Notes under the pieces: generated by a model
What the model was told of the DNA's origin: nothing
Databases searched by the model: none
The model's input: the letters and a program-made list of their open reading frames with translations, nothing else
Assembly: GCF_008831285.2 (NCBI RefSeq)
Contig: NC_045138.2
Coordinates: forward strand, 34,658,001-34,722,000
From: Nymphaea colorata
Taxonomy: Eukaryota
Length of the DNA stretch: 64,000 nucleotides
Reading direction: 5' to 3'
In this document: in pieces, positions 1-14,335 of the stretch
Layout of the letters: every line of letters starts with the position of its first letter
Numbering within the stretch: the first letter of the stretch is position 1
Program-made: the position numbers and the translations under genes

Positions 1-109
1 TTTCACAAGGTAAATGCTAGTAACTGCCAGACATGACGTAGGATATTGCCAATATAGTACCGGAAGTAGCCAATAAGTGGTTTTTTTTTTTTATTCAAGA
101 ATTATGTAC

Positions 110-3100
110 CTTTATCATTGTGTTGAAGTCCCTGTGCGTCAAACTTTTGATTATTAGCACCTCATCAGCTACAAAATCAAATATTAGGCACATAAGTCCA
201 ATCTGAACCAAGAAAATAGATATTATCACCTAAGTGCATGAGCATGATCCTTCTGGAGTGGAACCTGATCCATAAGCTATAGAAAAAAACGTTCAGAAGA
301 ATATTGAGCTCACCTGATCCATTGACAACAGCAATCATGTTGCGGGCAACACCCCTTGCGACTAGACGGAAGTCCCTTTTCAAGCCAACATACTTCGCAT
401 ATTTCTAGAGCATGCAAAAGAAGCATAATCAAATACAGTATGCTAATAACTGCAAAGATGCAAAGACTGGGACTCAGCTGTCAAGTAGACCAGGAAAACT
501 GCTTTATAGTCTTGGTCTCAATGTGATTGTGGAGAATAGCAAGCTGTGCCCCATTTATAGGCATGAATCTCCTAAGAAGATTCAACCTTGATGGGAGAAA
601 CAAATGGAAGACAAGTGCAGTTCTTGAAACAAATATAAGTAATTAGCAACATAAAAAGAGGATCCTGACTAAAAAAAGGAAAACTTTTAATACCAAAAAT
701 TATGCTGGTAGTCAAGCACATAACTTGGTGATTAGATTTTACTAAACCCAAAAGCAGAAGCTGAGTTTTAAATGTAAGCTTCATAAAAAACCTAAACTTC
801 AATGCATCAGTCATCCCTTTCTTTTTCTTCTGTTAGAATTCCAGATGCCCTTTCTTACCCACATTGGCAATACAAGGATACTTCTTACAACTTCTGAAGC
901 ATCTGATGATCATTAACCCCATGTGAGTAAGCAAATGGGTAGACCAATTACTTGCTAGAGGGGTTGTGCAACCAAGTTTTGAGGAAGAACCACTTTTTTG
1001 GTCCAATGTGTTTTATGGGCCACAACATAGCCTTTGTTAATATCTTGTTTATTTGCTACGAAGAAATCCACAGAGAAGAATTAGGTGTAGTACTCTAATT
1101 TTCCATCCTGAACATAGTTTAAGAATCAAATCAAATAAGATTTTGCATCACTGTAGTATATCATATTTATCTAAATATATAGGATAACACATTAATAACA
1201 AATAGCTCTCCTATAACACATCGAATTAACAATTGTTTTCTGTTTTCTTTTTGAAGTTCTCAGCAAAACTTAAGGCTCACCTAGGTGGTCAGGGAGGTGC
1301 ACACCTTAGAAACTAACCATGATTTTGGAGTTTGGACCACATTAAAGAACTAAACATCAAATGCAGATTCCAAAAAATAATAGTTGAGCAATAGAAATCA
1401 CTTCCCAGCCCAATGAATACACACTAAACCAGCATTTCCATATATTATATTAGATAAATATTACCTAGCAGACCTCCCAAAGGAAAAAAAAGATCGAGTA
1501 TACACCTCATTGACCGGTGCTTCATTATCTCTAATAACAGCATCATGAGCATCAATCTCCTGTCCAAACTCTGTCTTTAGAAGGTCTCCTGAGTTCCCGA
1601 CAACTGCACAGGTCCTAAATTGACGGGGAAAGAAAGGTGGTTTGGACGGCAGGACTAATTCAAGGTGCTCCTCACAAAGTGTGCGGTTGTAACATTTGTC
1701 AGCCCCTCTTCAATCAACAAAAACAAACTATCAATGCCACATTATCCATGAACTTGAAAAAATTATGCTAGAATGCAAGGAAAACCAGGTAAAAATTGTT
1801 TAGCAGCATACAATTGTGCAATCCTTTTTGCTGCATACTCTAGCCAACCATCAGGACGAGCATCTAGATATTCCCTTGTTAAGATTGTAGTCATGTTTCG
1901 ATACTGCAATTATTGAATATTAGAACACAGAACCCCAAGAGAAAAAATAAATCAAGCATCCAGTAAAATGCTATTACCTGTTCCCATAGAAGAATAGCCT
2001 CACAAATATCATATTCATAATCAAGGGCTTCATACTTGTTAAATTGCTTATTGTACTGAAAAACGGAGAATATGAAAAGTTAAATCAGGAACTGGTATAA
2101 GCACCATTGGATCAGTTCCCATGGGGATCCGATCCAATTCTATTCCTGTTGCCTAACAGGAACATTCAACTAATATGCAAAAAGGAGCCACAGATAGCTT
2201 AAGAGATTACCCAGGTACTGTTTGTGCCTTCAGGAAATTTAAGGATGAGTTTGCAGTGATCAACAATCTCTGCCGTAAGACCTAAGCCTTTGTTTGCCTA
2301 GAAGATACCTAATAGTTAGAAGATGGCCTTCCATACAGAATTAGAAGTTCCATACATATGAAAAACTTAGAATGAACAATCTAGCTGTACAACATCGTTG
2401 CTGTAGTGTTTCTTTCTTTTTTTTCCAGGAGAGAAGCAACTAAAGCCAATTGAATTAAGCAGAAAATTTGATTTCATTGTCCTTGAGTGAATTCTTCTAC
2501 AACTGTGACCAACAAAAATTGATAAATACAATTCAGTCTAGGAGTCTATGCAGTGATAGTATATATGCTTTCTAGTTTCTTCCAAATGAACTAGCCCCAA
2601 GGTAATAAAGGACCTAAAAGAATGTTGCACAGGGAGTTCAGGCATCGGCAGCTCCCCTTTTAGACGTAGATATCTCAAAATCTCTAACCAGATACAACGG
2701 TGAGGCCAAATCCCTGCACGAAGTTCCCAATGTCCCACCAATATATGCCACTTGAAATCATTGTTACCGCAACACAACGAAAATTCTTAGCTAACTGCCA
2801 ACTCCACTAACGACCACTTGCATTGAAAGAGCTTCAAAATCGGTATTATAATTCATAGTGATGTAGATCAACTGAACTAAAAAGTGCATGCATGTAGATC
2901 AAACATATACTCAAATTTCAGCTCCGGGAATCGCTAGAAACTATGCATTACTGGATTGAACGCTGCCCAGAAGAACGCGCAGTAGAATCAGATGCATATT
3001 TGCGCATCCTATTGGCCGTTATTATCAAACAATTCCAATAGACAATATAGCTACTCAAATTACTAGGAACAAAAAAGATCCAGTAAATAAAAAAGGTCTA

Positions 3101-3601
3101 AGTATTATTCTTGAGGTGAAACCTATAGAGGCCTTAAACTAAAACTCTGATATAGACAACCCGTTTTTGAAGATCCAAAAAACGCAAAAAGATGGCATTA
3201 AAGCAGGCACGCGTCTAAGCGCCAAGACAGGGACCATATAGAAAGATGTAAAAATTTCTAGGTCAAATCAACAAGACAAAGGAAAAAGAAATGGGCGTGG
3301 ATCTATCGAGTGAACTGAAACACTGACCACACATTGCTGCAGTTGGCTTTGTAATTGATACAGCCTCAGAATGCTCTTGTCCCTCAGCTCGTTTCTCCTC
3401 GATCCTACAGGGGTAGCCAGGAAACAGGATCAGAAAGAGGGGTATCGCGCAGAAAGAAATGAAGATAGATAGAAGGGAAAAGGTGGGGGGAAGGAATCAG
3501 CTTACTGGTGAGTGAAAATTGAATGGCGAAGACCAAAAGGGCGAAAGAGAAAACGATGAAGAGAAGGGTGATGGTGGCGGGCCGTCGGTGGGGGGCTTCA
3601 T
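110..3601 (-). CDS. SIA1: Sialyltransferase-like protein (GT29 family, SIA1/MGP2-like), 5' eight exons; gene continues beyond the left edge. Exons: 3601-3506, 3404-3328, 2297-2211, 2055-1978, 1903-1812, 1707-1506, 404-314, 168-110
   Basis: Spliced translation gives an N-terminal TM segment ([18 protein letters not shown]), then [40 protein letters not shown]...[49 protein letters not shown]...[50 protein letters not shown] (sialylmotif L). All introns are GT-AG with compatible phases. The ATG at 3601 is one base out of frame (see findings). Confidence 0.93.
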
Positions 3602-6420
3602 GGTGGTCGTAGAATCCTTTCTTCCGAGAGAGGGTGCAGGCAGAAGCCGATTCGTCCGATCGATTAACTTCGAGCTGATGATGCGTGTCGGTCGACCGAG
3701 TTCGCGCGGGGAGACTGACACCGATTGCTGCTGAATGGGAAATAAAACGGGTCAGGTTGGGGTGGCCATGTTCGGATCAGCCCACCCGATTTCAAGCATA
3801 TATACTTATTTGTTGGCAGTGCACTACCGACGATGATGAAGAAGAGAAGGACATTCTTCTCAGGCAGGAGCAGGACTTGTGAATTCCCAACACTGAGCCT
3901 GCAAATTAATGGATGCAAATGTGCCGATCGAATCTGGTCTCGGGTGCTCTTTATTTTTCTACTGCATCACCATCCCTTTCCGTTTCGACCATTTCGCTGT
4001 CCGAGCAGTTGAAGTCCTGCTACCTGACACAAGAGAGAAGCGAACCAACACAAAGAGCCGCATCCCTTTCCCTTCGCCATCTTCTTACTAGGTACGTGCT
4101 TATTTGTCACTAGCAATTCATGACAAGGAGTTCTAGTCTTGCTGCCTGCTGGCTGGCTGGCTGGATCCTATACATAGCTATAGCTTAGATTATGTGATCT
4201 TAAGGCTTTCTAGTATGGTACTAGAACTGAAAATACAGGAAAAAATGTATCATGAGTCTGTATATGTTGGAACTAGTCCCATATTAGTAAGTTTTGGTAA
4301 ATTAAATTGAGCTAGTTAATAGAATATTAGTATTAGCAGTGTAAACATTTATATGATTATGGAATTATTGCATTGATATTCTTAAGTTAGGAAGCGTGAA
4401 CTTGTATTATAAGAGTTTGTAAGTTCTTAGGTTCTTTGTTAAAAGTTAGCAATTTAGTTGTAGTTTTTAGTGGCTTAAAATGAAGTTGGACGAGAGGGAG
4501 GTGCATTCATAAGCTTTTAACATGTCATATTCTGTACCGGGTGTTTGTTGTCGGGAGGGAAGATGGAGTTCACTTCACGATAATTAATCATGTGAAGGCA
4601 AAAATGATCGAAGACTATTAATATACCACGGCTAGTGGCTTATGAAAATCACACACACGGATAAATGAGGAGCATCTGGAGAAATATTTGATTTCAAAAT
4701 TTCTTCTTGTCCACCTACTACGATTAGTAGTAGTCATCGTAGACGAAGTAAAAGGGAATCATGAAATACTTGTACAAGTATTCTTATTCTTGGCCATGAA
4801 GTATATTTAGGGGTTGTAGAACCGGAGAGGCCTCGCAAATCTGAGTGAGTGCGTGGTGAACTTAATCAATCAGAGAGATTAAACTTAAAGGGGCAATTAT
4901 TGATGAGAATGGAGATGATCTGGCACTAATAATGATGCATTATTTGACATGGATGGATTGTACGCCCGCTGCCGTTTGTTGGCCTTCCCTCATCTTTGAG
5001 GATCTAAAAAAAAAGGGGTGTAGGTGCTGCGTCACAATCTTTTTTTCTTTTTAATTTTTAAAAATATAATTACCTTTTTCCTGTCTCTCTCGCATATTCT
5101 ACGCTTTATACTATAGCTTCCAACGGATTCAGTCTCAATCATCCCATGCATCTCTTTCTATTCTATGGGTAGCACAACTGGTTGGGTTAAGGTTTTACTG
5201 AATCAAGTGGTGCAGGTATTCAATTTCATTTTTGAACAGTGCTATGTTGATGGTATTAACAAGTAATGTTAGTAAATAAGATTCTCGTCTCGTCTCTCCA
5301 GTCTCCTCTCCTCTCCTCTCCTCTCAAAAAAACAAAACAAAACAGAACCTTTCACCTATCTCCCGACGAGGGCCACCGGACGGCATCTTTTCTTCATCTC
5401 CCAATAACCGGCGGCCCTCCCTTTCTTTGTTTTGATGAGTGAAGAGAAGACCGCCGCTTAGCAGACAGTGCGAATTATATGCTTTCTAAATGCAGTCCGG
5501 CCAGGGGACCTCCAATAATTTTACTACAATTATAGATAGTCCTGCTGGTTAGTGAAAATAGTGGGCGGCGTTCAGTTGTGGAAATGAAGACAAGCCCACA
5601 GACTTGGATCCAAGAAATTGCTTGGCTGTGCAGGAGTGGAGGACCTTGGTGTTTGGAAATCGCTCCCGCAATATGGACGGACGCTCCCCCCTTCCATCAA
5701 TCAAAACTTTACTCCCGTGAACGCCACCTGTTTTGTTACAATATATTAATTGTTCAAGGAAGAAAGAGAGAATCGTGTTCAGGCCGTAGGTTTTCCAGTT
5801 TTTTTTAATGTATCATTCATGGCCTGCTCTCTCCCATGGATTTGGTAGTTGAACTTTCTGGAAAAGTCCATCGGTTTTGAAATTTCTTGGTAGGCACTCA
5901 ACGCTAAACAAAACAAAATTTAGGACGTGAATATGTTTGTACTAATTACCGCTCCGTGTCCGAGAAGAGAACCATTCTGCGCGTTGTCAAAATCCGTGGG
6001 CCCTTACAATTCTGTGTTCTTTTCCTCTTCCCCGGCGCGGTTTCGCCGAAAGCAACCAAAAAGACGCCCTACAGCCCGGCGTATATATTCAATCCATCAT
6101 CCCCATGCGACGGCTACACCCATAAATCGAATCGAGAGCAACGGCAGTCGAGACGGCCGACTGATCTGAGGCGCCGGATCAATTTTCTGGTCCGGAACTC
6201 AACATTCTTCTCCCCCTTTCTAACCCTTCACTGCGTTTCATCCCCTCTTCATCCTTCCCGGGCTATTTCCTTCCCTTTCCTTGAAGCCCGCTGCGTTTTA
6301 CTTGTGATTCCTCCTCAATCCCAACTGAATTTCCTTCCGCCTTTCTACAATCCCACACCTGTCCTCTTCTCCCTCCTCGAAAACCTCGGCCTGCCCTCGA
6401 TTCTTCGGATCGCTCCCAAA

Positions 6421-8984
6421 ATGATAGTTGTTTCCCCTCGACGGTCCGCCGTGGTCGTGGATCTGAGCCCCCGCTCGGCCTCCACCACCTTCCCTTCGCC
6501 ACGGAGCCCGCGCAGCCAACTTCTCTTCCCCCTTGCCGACCCCCAGAACCCCAGGTTCCTGTCGCTCCCCTGCGTCCCTGCGCAGCAAGACGTCACCAAC
6601 CCCCCCGACGGCGAGATGGAGGAGCCCCGGCGCGATTGGAAGTCCAAAGGCAGCCGCCAGCTGAGCAAATGGTCCCGAGCCCGCTCGATCCGTTACGGCC
6701 GGCGTGCCCATCGCCCATCCAGTCCGGACCGCGCAGACTCCTCCGACCCGGAGACCCCAGTGGCAGTGGCAGACAGGACCTCCCCGGCCGCGTTCGCGTC
6801 ACTCCTTCTCCAGAGCGACGACGAGGATGAGGCAGACGTTGTCAGTGGGGGGAAGGCGATCTACATGGTGTCGGACGGGACGGGATGGACAGCGGAGTAC
6901 ACCGTGAACACGGCGCTTGGACAGTTTGACCACTGCTTGGGCAATCGGGCCTGCGCCGTCCAGACCCACATCTTCTCCGGGGTAATCCTTTCCCCTCTCC
7001 ATTCTCTCTTTCCCTCTTTTCTTCCTCTTTCCCTCTTTGGGTCGGACCAACAACCTGTTAGGCTTTCTAGGGTTGGATGCTTCTCTGGCCAAATATTACG
7101 TCTTTTAAAAGAGAATCGACATTTTTCATTTTCCATCCGTGAAGGTTAATGCTTCTTTCGAGGGAATTCTTGATAAACTAAAGTTTCTGGGTCGATGGTA
7201 TTTCAGTTGCTTGGAAAGAAAAAAAATAAAAAAAACCATCTTCAGTGGTGCCAATGTTGACAATCTAACATTTCCTATGTGTCGTGTCATGGTTGCCGAA
7301 GCGTTTCTGTTTTCTGTAATAAGAGAGAAGCATGATGTATTCATATGTTTAGTGGATTAGGCTCTTTCTGCTGACGTTTGGGGGTGCGGTCCTAAATATT
7401 TTCTGATGATAGACGCTAAATCGCTCTTTGCTTAATCTCCACTATTTGTGCAGTCCAGTGCGAAACGACCATTTTTGAACATAGTGTTGGAGCCATCATT
7501 CATTCTCAAGTCTCTAAATCTGAGCACTAGCTAGTTCTTGAATCATCTGTTTTTTTGGTATATTGAATAGCTTGTTACCTTTTTTCCAATGGGATTACTA
7601 ATAAGCTGAACATGGCTTCAGATCGAGAATGAGGGGCAGCTTTTGGAGGTGATCAAACAGGCAGCAAGGGTAGGGGCGCTGGTGCTGTACACACTGGCTG
7701 ACCCCAACATGGCGGAGTCGGCAAATCACGCTTGCCAGCTCTGGGGGGTCCAATGCGCCAACATACTGGCACCGACGACCGCAGCCATCGCCGCCCACCT
7801 TGGCGTCAACCCCTCCGGCATCCCACGCGGCAAGGCACCACTCACCAAGGAATACTTTCGCCGGATCGACGCCATCGAGTTCACCATCAAGCAGGATGAC
7901 GGGGCGCTGCCAGAGAACCTTCACCGTGCTGACATAGTCCTGGTCGGTGTGTCCCGGACGGGCAAGACCCCGCTGTCCATATACCTCGCCCAGAAGGGCT
8001 ACAAAGTCGCGAACGTGCCGGTTGTCATGGGCGTGCCCCTGCCGCAGCACCTCTTCGAGGTCGACCAGGACAAGATCTTCGGATTGACGATCAATCCGTC
8101 CGTCCTCCAGTCGATCCGGAAGGCGAGGGTGAAGGCCCTCGGGTTTGAAAGCGACAGCTCCACCAACTACTCACGGATGGTCCATGTCAGGGAGGAGCTG
8201 GACTATTGTAGCCGCATCTTCGCCCAGAACCCCGGTGGCCAGTCATTGGTGCGTCTTTCTCTCCCCTAGCTTGTGTCAATCAATTTCCATTTTGTTGGCT
8301 CTATCTTTCCGACAAAAACTTAGCCTTGTGTTCGTCGTCGTCTTGTTTTCCGATTTGCAACTGGTTTGTGTTTGCAACCTCGAGCGGGCGTGGTCTCTTT
8401 TTTAACCAGGTTTTGTTTTCCAAGTTGCTGTTTGAACACCGTCATTGGAGCGCGTCGTACTTGTGATCAACAATCAACAATAGGCTCGAATTGTCTCGGC
8501 TACTTTGGATTCCAGTTGTCATGCTTCCGTAGCATGATACTCTTCTTCGGTTCTCATCAGGAATCTCAGAAAGCTGAAAGTTTGCGAATTTCAGATAGCG
8601 TGTTACGTTTCCTAAACTCTTGGGTTCCACTTCCCTCCTCGGCCGTCTTTCTTCAGCAACGGCCTCGTGTCCTGGATATTCTGGGGATCCATCAATATCT
8701 GACATTGCAACACCGTCGAAACGAGTCCGCGATGTTGCTCAACAGCGGGACTATATTAGGGAGTGCCTAGGAACATCATCATATTTTGGATGAATCATGA
8801 CCATCTTAGATACTGTAGCTAATGAGAGGTTCGGTTGTTTGCATAAACTTACAATGTCTTAATCGTCTCGTTTGGTACAGAGGTGACAGGGAAAGCAATA
8901 GAAGAAACTGCAGCGGTGGTGGTAAGGACCTATCATGACCGGAAACAGAAGCATTCCATACCAAGGATCTCAAGGCGTTATTAG
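6421..8984 (+). CDS. PDRP1: Pyruvate, phosphate dikinase regulatory protein (PDRP/RP1, DUF299 kinase-pyrophosphorylase), probably chloroplastic. Exons 6421-6981, 7622-8248, 8881-8984; 1-nt frameshift near 8230-8235
   Basis: Motifs [62 protein letters not shown] and the last exon [22 protein letters not shown]...PRISRRY*. Ser/Pro/Arg-rich transit-like N-terminus. GT-AG junctions. Confidence 0.93.
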
Positions 8985-11900
8985 CACGTGAATCGCAGAG
9001 CTTGTGCTGGTTATCTGAAATCTTGTTTGCTTTCCTCCGCTTGACGTAAATAATCCCCTCTGTCCCACTTGACTTAAATGATCCCGGGCACCTGCATGTT
9101 CATTAGCTTTGTGTTAAATTTTCCCGCTACATCCAGATCCCCAGTGGATTCTAATTCACAAACCAACCATGTACAGATTACATCCAGAGGGTGGCATCCT
9201 TGTAGCGAGAGAAACCAGATATGTTTGAATTTGGTGAGCCTTTTGATAGCTCGATCTCTTGATTTTGTAGTCGACACTGATGTGGACGAATATTTGGATG
9301 CTATGCATTGAACGGTATGATAATAATAAGAGAAGCTTCGTTCTTTTGTTTGAGATCAATGCCCATGTGGTCCGTCCTGCAAGGAAATCGCTCATAAGCA
9401 GAGACACAACCTTTTCTATTCGGTGCTCTGGTTTAAAATCCTCGATCTTCGTGCTTTCGCGAGATGATGAGACTCAATTCACCTTCAATGCCATCCATTA
9501 TCAAGACGGCTACTTCCAAATATACCGTAAAGCTTCTGCTCTTTCGTCTCTCCTGACCGAGATCCGTTCCATCTTTTTCTCCTTTACACGTCAAACAACT
9601 TGACAATTAAGCTTAAAAATCTTTAACTCGCCCGCTCTCCCTTCCAATACTTATGATCCTAGATAGATTTATAGCCGTATTCCCTTTCATCAAGTAGGAG
9701 ACGGAGTAGTCTTCCCTAACTTTTTGTTACTTATAGGAAACTAAAAAGACCTAAAACTATGCACTAAGTTATGGGTTTGGTTACGCTTCGGCACCATTAT
9801 AACTCTTCACTTGGGCAACATAAATAAAGAAGCGGTGTTCTTCTCCCAATGCAAGAATATATTTGTCCTGGTTTTCTGTCCAGCGGGTGTCCATTCATCA
9901 CAAAACCCGACGAATTGGATGCTAGGAAAGCAACCTGCATGCTCTTGGTATGTCGATTTACGCACATCCAGTCAAAATGAGGACAGAGGTTATTCTCCGT
10001 CTCTCTCATTTTCTGCGGAGAATTCCTTGCTTCAAACAGGATTCCTGGTACGCTTGACCTTCTATTTTTTTACCATTCATATTTTACCAAGGCACATGTA
10101 GCAGTTAAGAGGCTGAAAGTCTTGTATCTAATTTAAACACAACATTGCAGTTAAACTTCCAAATGAAACGCTCTCACTAGCTAACTAGAGGATCTCAGTC
10201 CTGAAGCAAGTTGATCTTCCAAATCGCTTATGGAAATGTTGTGCAATCTCCACCGTCCATTCTTTTTGCTCACCCATGGATTAGTTGAAATTATATGAAT
10301 GATTCCTGGAAATTGGATATGTAATTTCACCCATTTTAAGTTTTATAATGTGGGCAACAAAGGTACCATTCATTATTGCACCATAACTTGTAGAGTTGCT
10401 GTAAGAAGTAGCAGAACTTACCAAAGCGGCTGCAAATGACACGCCAAGTAAATCGAACGTTTACGGTAGTGTTAGTTGATCGGCACAAACAGTTTACTTC
10501 ATATTTAGGAAAACGTTAGATTACTGAAAAATATGTCCTAGCGCCGCCAGGCTTCTGCCGGAACTGTTGAAAGGAGATAGGGAGGTTAATAGCATCGTTA
10601 AAGGACGGTTCAAATGTATCTTAACATTTGGTTACGTAACTCCTACAGGTGGAGAGGAAGCGGTAAGACAGAGCTCGTCATACACAGTTCATTCTCAGTC
10701 TAGCGAAAAATCGATTTTGCTTACTTTATTGTGCTTTTCATGTAAGGCCCCATTTTGAAAAGTTTAGTCCCTTTTATCTAAGATTGTGGATTCATACCCC
10801 TTTTTGGGGCTAGAACTGAAGCTGCAAAACTGGATGCCTGAATCCTATGTGAGAGTGAGCTGGGTTTCTACAGCAGTATGAGAGCTGGCTCAGTACTCGT
10901 ATTTATGGTCTCATACACACAAACATGTGTGTCTTATGGGGTGGAGGAATGAATTGTAATGTTTAATCACAAATATAAGATTGTGAAATATTTTAGGGGA
11001 TTTATAAAGAGGTTATTTAAGTAGGGATTGGTTGCTTTGGTTTTTATCATTTTCAAAAGGGGTTCAAACTGAAATTGCTAGAAAATGGATTGAAACCCGC
11101 CAGATCGGAAGCCCGGGCCGCCAACTTTTACAATTCATCACGCACCAGCCCACGCATGACTCTCTCCAGCTAAGTCCTAAGAAAGCTGGATCTTGAGATT
11201 CCTCTTCAGAGAGTAGATAGACCTGACCTGAATATTTTGATTTCCTTTTAGTCACTTTGCAGCATTGGCCATCAGAACTTTAATTCTCAGTTTACCAATT
11301 GAGAGGGTCACGTGAATTGTGGGAATTCAATCAGAAACTTGTTGAATAAATAGGTCGGAGAATCGGTATTGGACTCGAGTTTCATGTGGCATTCATGGCC
11401 AAAAGTCTTCCGTACCTGAGTTTCCATTTAATTATAAGAGAAAAATTAAGATGAGAAGGAGAGAGAGGAAAAAAGAAAAGGAATCTTCCACTCCGATATA
11501 TATATTGTATTTGGCTGTGAATTTGAATATCATTCCTTGATTTTTTTTTTTTTTTCTTTTTGTATTTGGATGTGAATTTGAATATGTGAATATTTGAAAA
11601 ATATATATGGTCAAGAACATATGCAATTTAAATAATCATCTCACTGAGATGGGACGCTGACAACGAGCATGGACCAGGGTGTCCTGGCATGTTATATGGC
11701 CTCCGTGCGGAGGTAATTAAAGATGTGGACGAAAAGGAGGATCCGATCGGGTACAGGCGTTTGGATGGGGTTTGAAGTTGGACGCTAACCAAATTTTAGT
11801 TAAAATCAAACACGGAACAATAGGTACCTCTAACCCATTATTTAATTCAAGCATGCATTACGTGATGCGAAGGTTACTGGTAATTTAATTTGTGGACCAA

Positions 11901-12271
11901 CAACTCTAATCCCATATGGGAGAGTGAGTGGGAGTGAAGATGGGAAAGATGAAAAGGAATAATTCATAATCCAGCACGCGTGCAATAGGTCTCTCCTTTA
12001 TTCTGGAACTCTTGTTCGTTGCTGGAGTAAACAAGCATGTACAGTCAAGTCAGCCACAGTAAGGTGAGGACTCTGCTCTCTAACATGGGATGGGAACTGA
12101 AGGAATCTCTGCAGAGCCATCACCCTACCTACCGTTTGTTGCTTCAACTCCTAGTAGCCTTTCCTATTTAAGAAGCGGCATATTACATTATTATGCTGTG
12201 GGAACGCAAGGTTCGTGATGGTCCTCTAATAAAATCGGCAAAATACGACCGCTCCGAAGCAGCCTTTCAGA

Positions 12272-13759
12272 TCATCTGGCCTGGGCGTCATCACCGTTGA
12301 TCTTGCCAATTGCCATGGTAAAGTATATGAGCACCATGGTTCCAATGCTTGACCTGCAGTGCAGAAACAGCAGAGAAAGGGAGTGGGTCAGGGACCAAGA
12401 AATTCCCGAGTCAAATGTCACCATTAACAAATGCAATTAATAATAGGTTGAGATGATAATTGGTTCGCGAAAGACGACGAACGATTTGGTCATTGAGCGA
12501 CAAACCGGAGGCTTTTGAACTCACACTGTCGCGAATATCATCACGACCCTTCTCGGATCGAGGCAGGGTCGCCTGGACCTCTTCGGCACTCTGCTCTCTC
12601 CCTCCGCTGCGCATACCGGAACCACCAACGACTGGCATTTCATCTCCTCCACGGAACAAGAAGAAGCTGCACGGCAGCAGATAAAACAGAGTAAACAAAT
12701 CAACAAACTAGCAAGATCTTTGTTACCAATCCACTTTGTTAACTCAAGGCAGCCGTGGTCGCCTTCAACTGACAAAACCAATCCTTTGCACGGTTTTAGA
12801 CTGCTAGCTAGTTAGAGTCTCGATTCTATAGAGCAGTAAGCAAAATTAATCAGAGAGACCTTGGTTCCCAATTAGCATGCAACTCTGCAAGATTGTTATA
12901 TATGGCACTTGGCGTTACATAAAATCTAGTTTAGTTACTCTTTACCTCCGATATTCCAATTTTCTTTTCTTTTTCTGCACAGAGGAACAAACTGAAGCCT
13001 CTGTGATTAGTCCAGTTAAATTACCTTTACAGTGGTCATGATAAGCCTTCCTTTCACCACGGAATGACCCTTTATGGGAGAGATTTTTCTGCAACTGCAA
13101 AGAAGAAGACAAAGCAAGGAAGACTATGTCAAGAGTTAATGCCAGATCTGTTGCGTAGCAACTCACCACCATCACCATTTATAACGTACATTGGAGCACA
13201 TGCACAATACATGAATTTGAAAATAAGAAAAAAAAAACCAAACGAGGGGAACAAACAAGTCATGGCACAAGTTGCCAACTACGTCGAAGCGGGAATCGAG
13301 GTGCTCCCTCGCACGTGTGGGGGATGGACAAGAGAATAAAACGTGTGAAAGAATTCGATCGGCCGCCACCGAACCCACCAATCCGTTTCAGGCCAGATAG
13401 ATGCGCCTATGAGCTTCGAACCAGATAGGATTCCAGAATTCCGGTTGGGGCGGAGTTGTGTGCAGCTTCTGATTGTCCGTGACGACGACGGTGGTGGTGA
13501 CTGGTGAGCGTGATGAACATAGTGCGAAACCTGAATAATTGTAGAAAGACGGACCTGCTTGTGCGGGGTAGCCGAAGGTGAGGCATCGTTATCCTTGAGT
13601 CGGCTGCACACCTCGTCCATGTTCAAGACAACACTGGAGATTTTCTCGATTATTTCATTTGGGGAGTCCTTCAACCGACTGGAATTCATATTCTTCAGGG
13701 ACGGCTCCACCGAACCAGAATTGCAAGAAATAGTAATCGGCAAACCGTTGGCACTCTGC

Positions 13760-13798
<39 letters not shown>

Positions 13799-14335
13799 TG
13801 TGTCACAAACCAGAAGATTTGATGAAGAAGAAAGAGTTCTGGTTTTCAATTAGCAAGATTTTTCCTAGTTTCTTGAAAATTACGGTAAACGATGAGTGTT
13901 CAACAACTAAAACGACCCAGAGATTCGAACTGTAATTGTGATTCTGCAGAGCCGACCCTTGCTCGTCTTCTACAAAAATCCATATAAGCTAGTAGGTACA
14001 TGGAGAAAGAAACTAAGAAAAGAAACCTGTCACGGTTTGAAAGAAGAATCTCTCTCTCTGTCTGCGTCCTCCCTTCTCTCTCTACTCTACTCACAAAACA
14101 AGGAAGAAGAGACGGACTATTTCCTGCTTCGGTTCAATTGAAGAAATTAAAATAGCGGGGATTCTGCTCAATCTAACAGAAAACTAGAATTCGTTCTCAT
14201 CAGGAACAAAGAAAACGACCCAACAAATTCCAGGGAAGCCAAGAATACAGACTGAAAGAAAGTAAACAACATCCGGAGGCTTCAATCTTTTTTCTGTTCT
14301 TAAAGTCAACCACATACCTGCGTCGGGATTTCCAT
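12272..14335 (-). CDS. Plant uncharacterised protein with C-terminal TM anchor. Exons 14335-14318, 13755-13555, 13094-13025, 12666-12525, 12353-12272
   Basis: Phase-compatible GT-AG splicing gives MEIPTQSANGLP...VVLNMDE...LQKNLSHKGSFRGERK...CLDPRRVVMIFATVSSIGTMVLIYFTMAIGKINGDDAQAR*. The LSxKGS and PRxxxxxFATxSSxGTxxLIYFT motifs match a conserved plant hypothetical family as I recall it. Confidence 0.8.
13763..13796. repeat. (AG)17 microsatellite
   Basis: Directly visible; forms the (CT)n polypyrimidine tract before the exon acceptor at 13755 on the minus strand. Confidence 0.95.

Noticed and set aside
5956..6420. 155-codon upstream extension of the PDRP exon-1 ORF from a GTG
   Set aside because: Low-complexity promoter/5'UTR-like sequence with no ATG; the first ATG at 6421 begins a plausible transit peptide.
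13279..13554. Continuation of the 175-aa ORF beyond HKQ
   Set aside because: Read-through into the intron after the cag|gtccgt donor; the conserved motifs resume in the exon at 13094.
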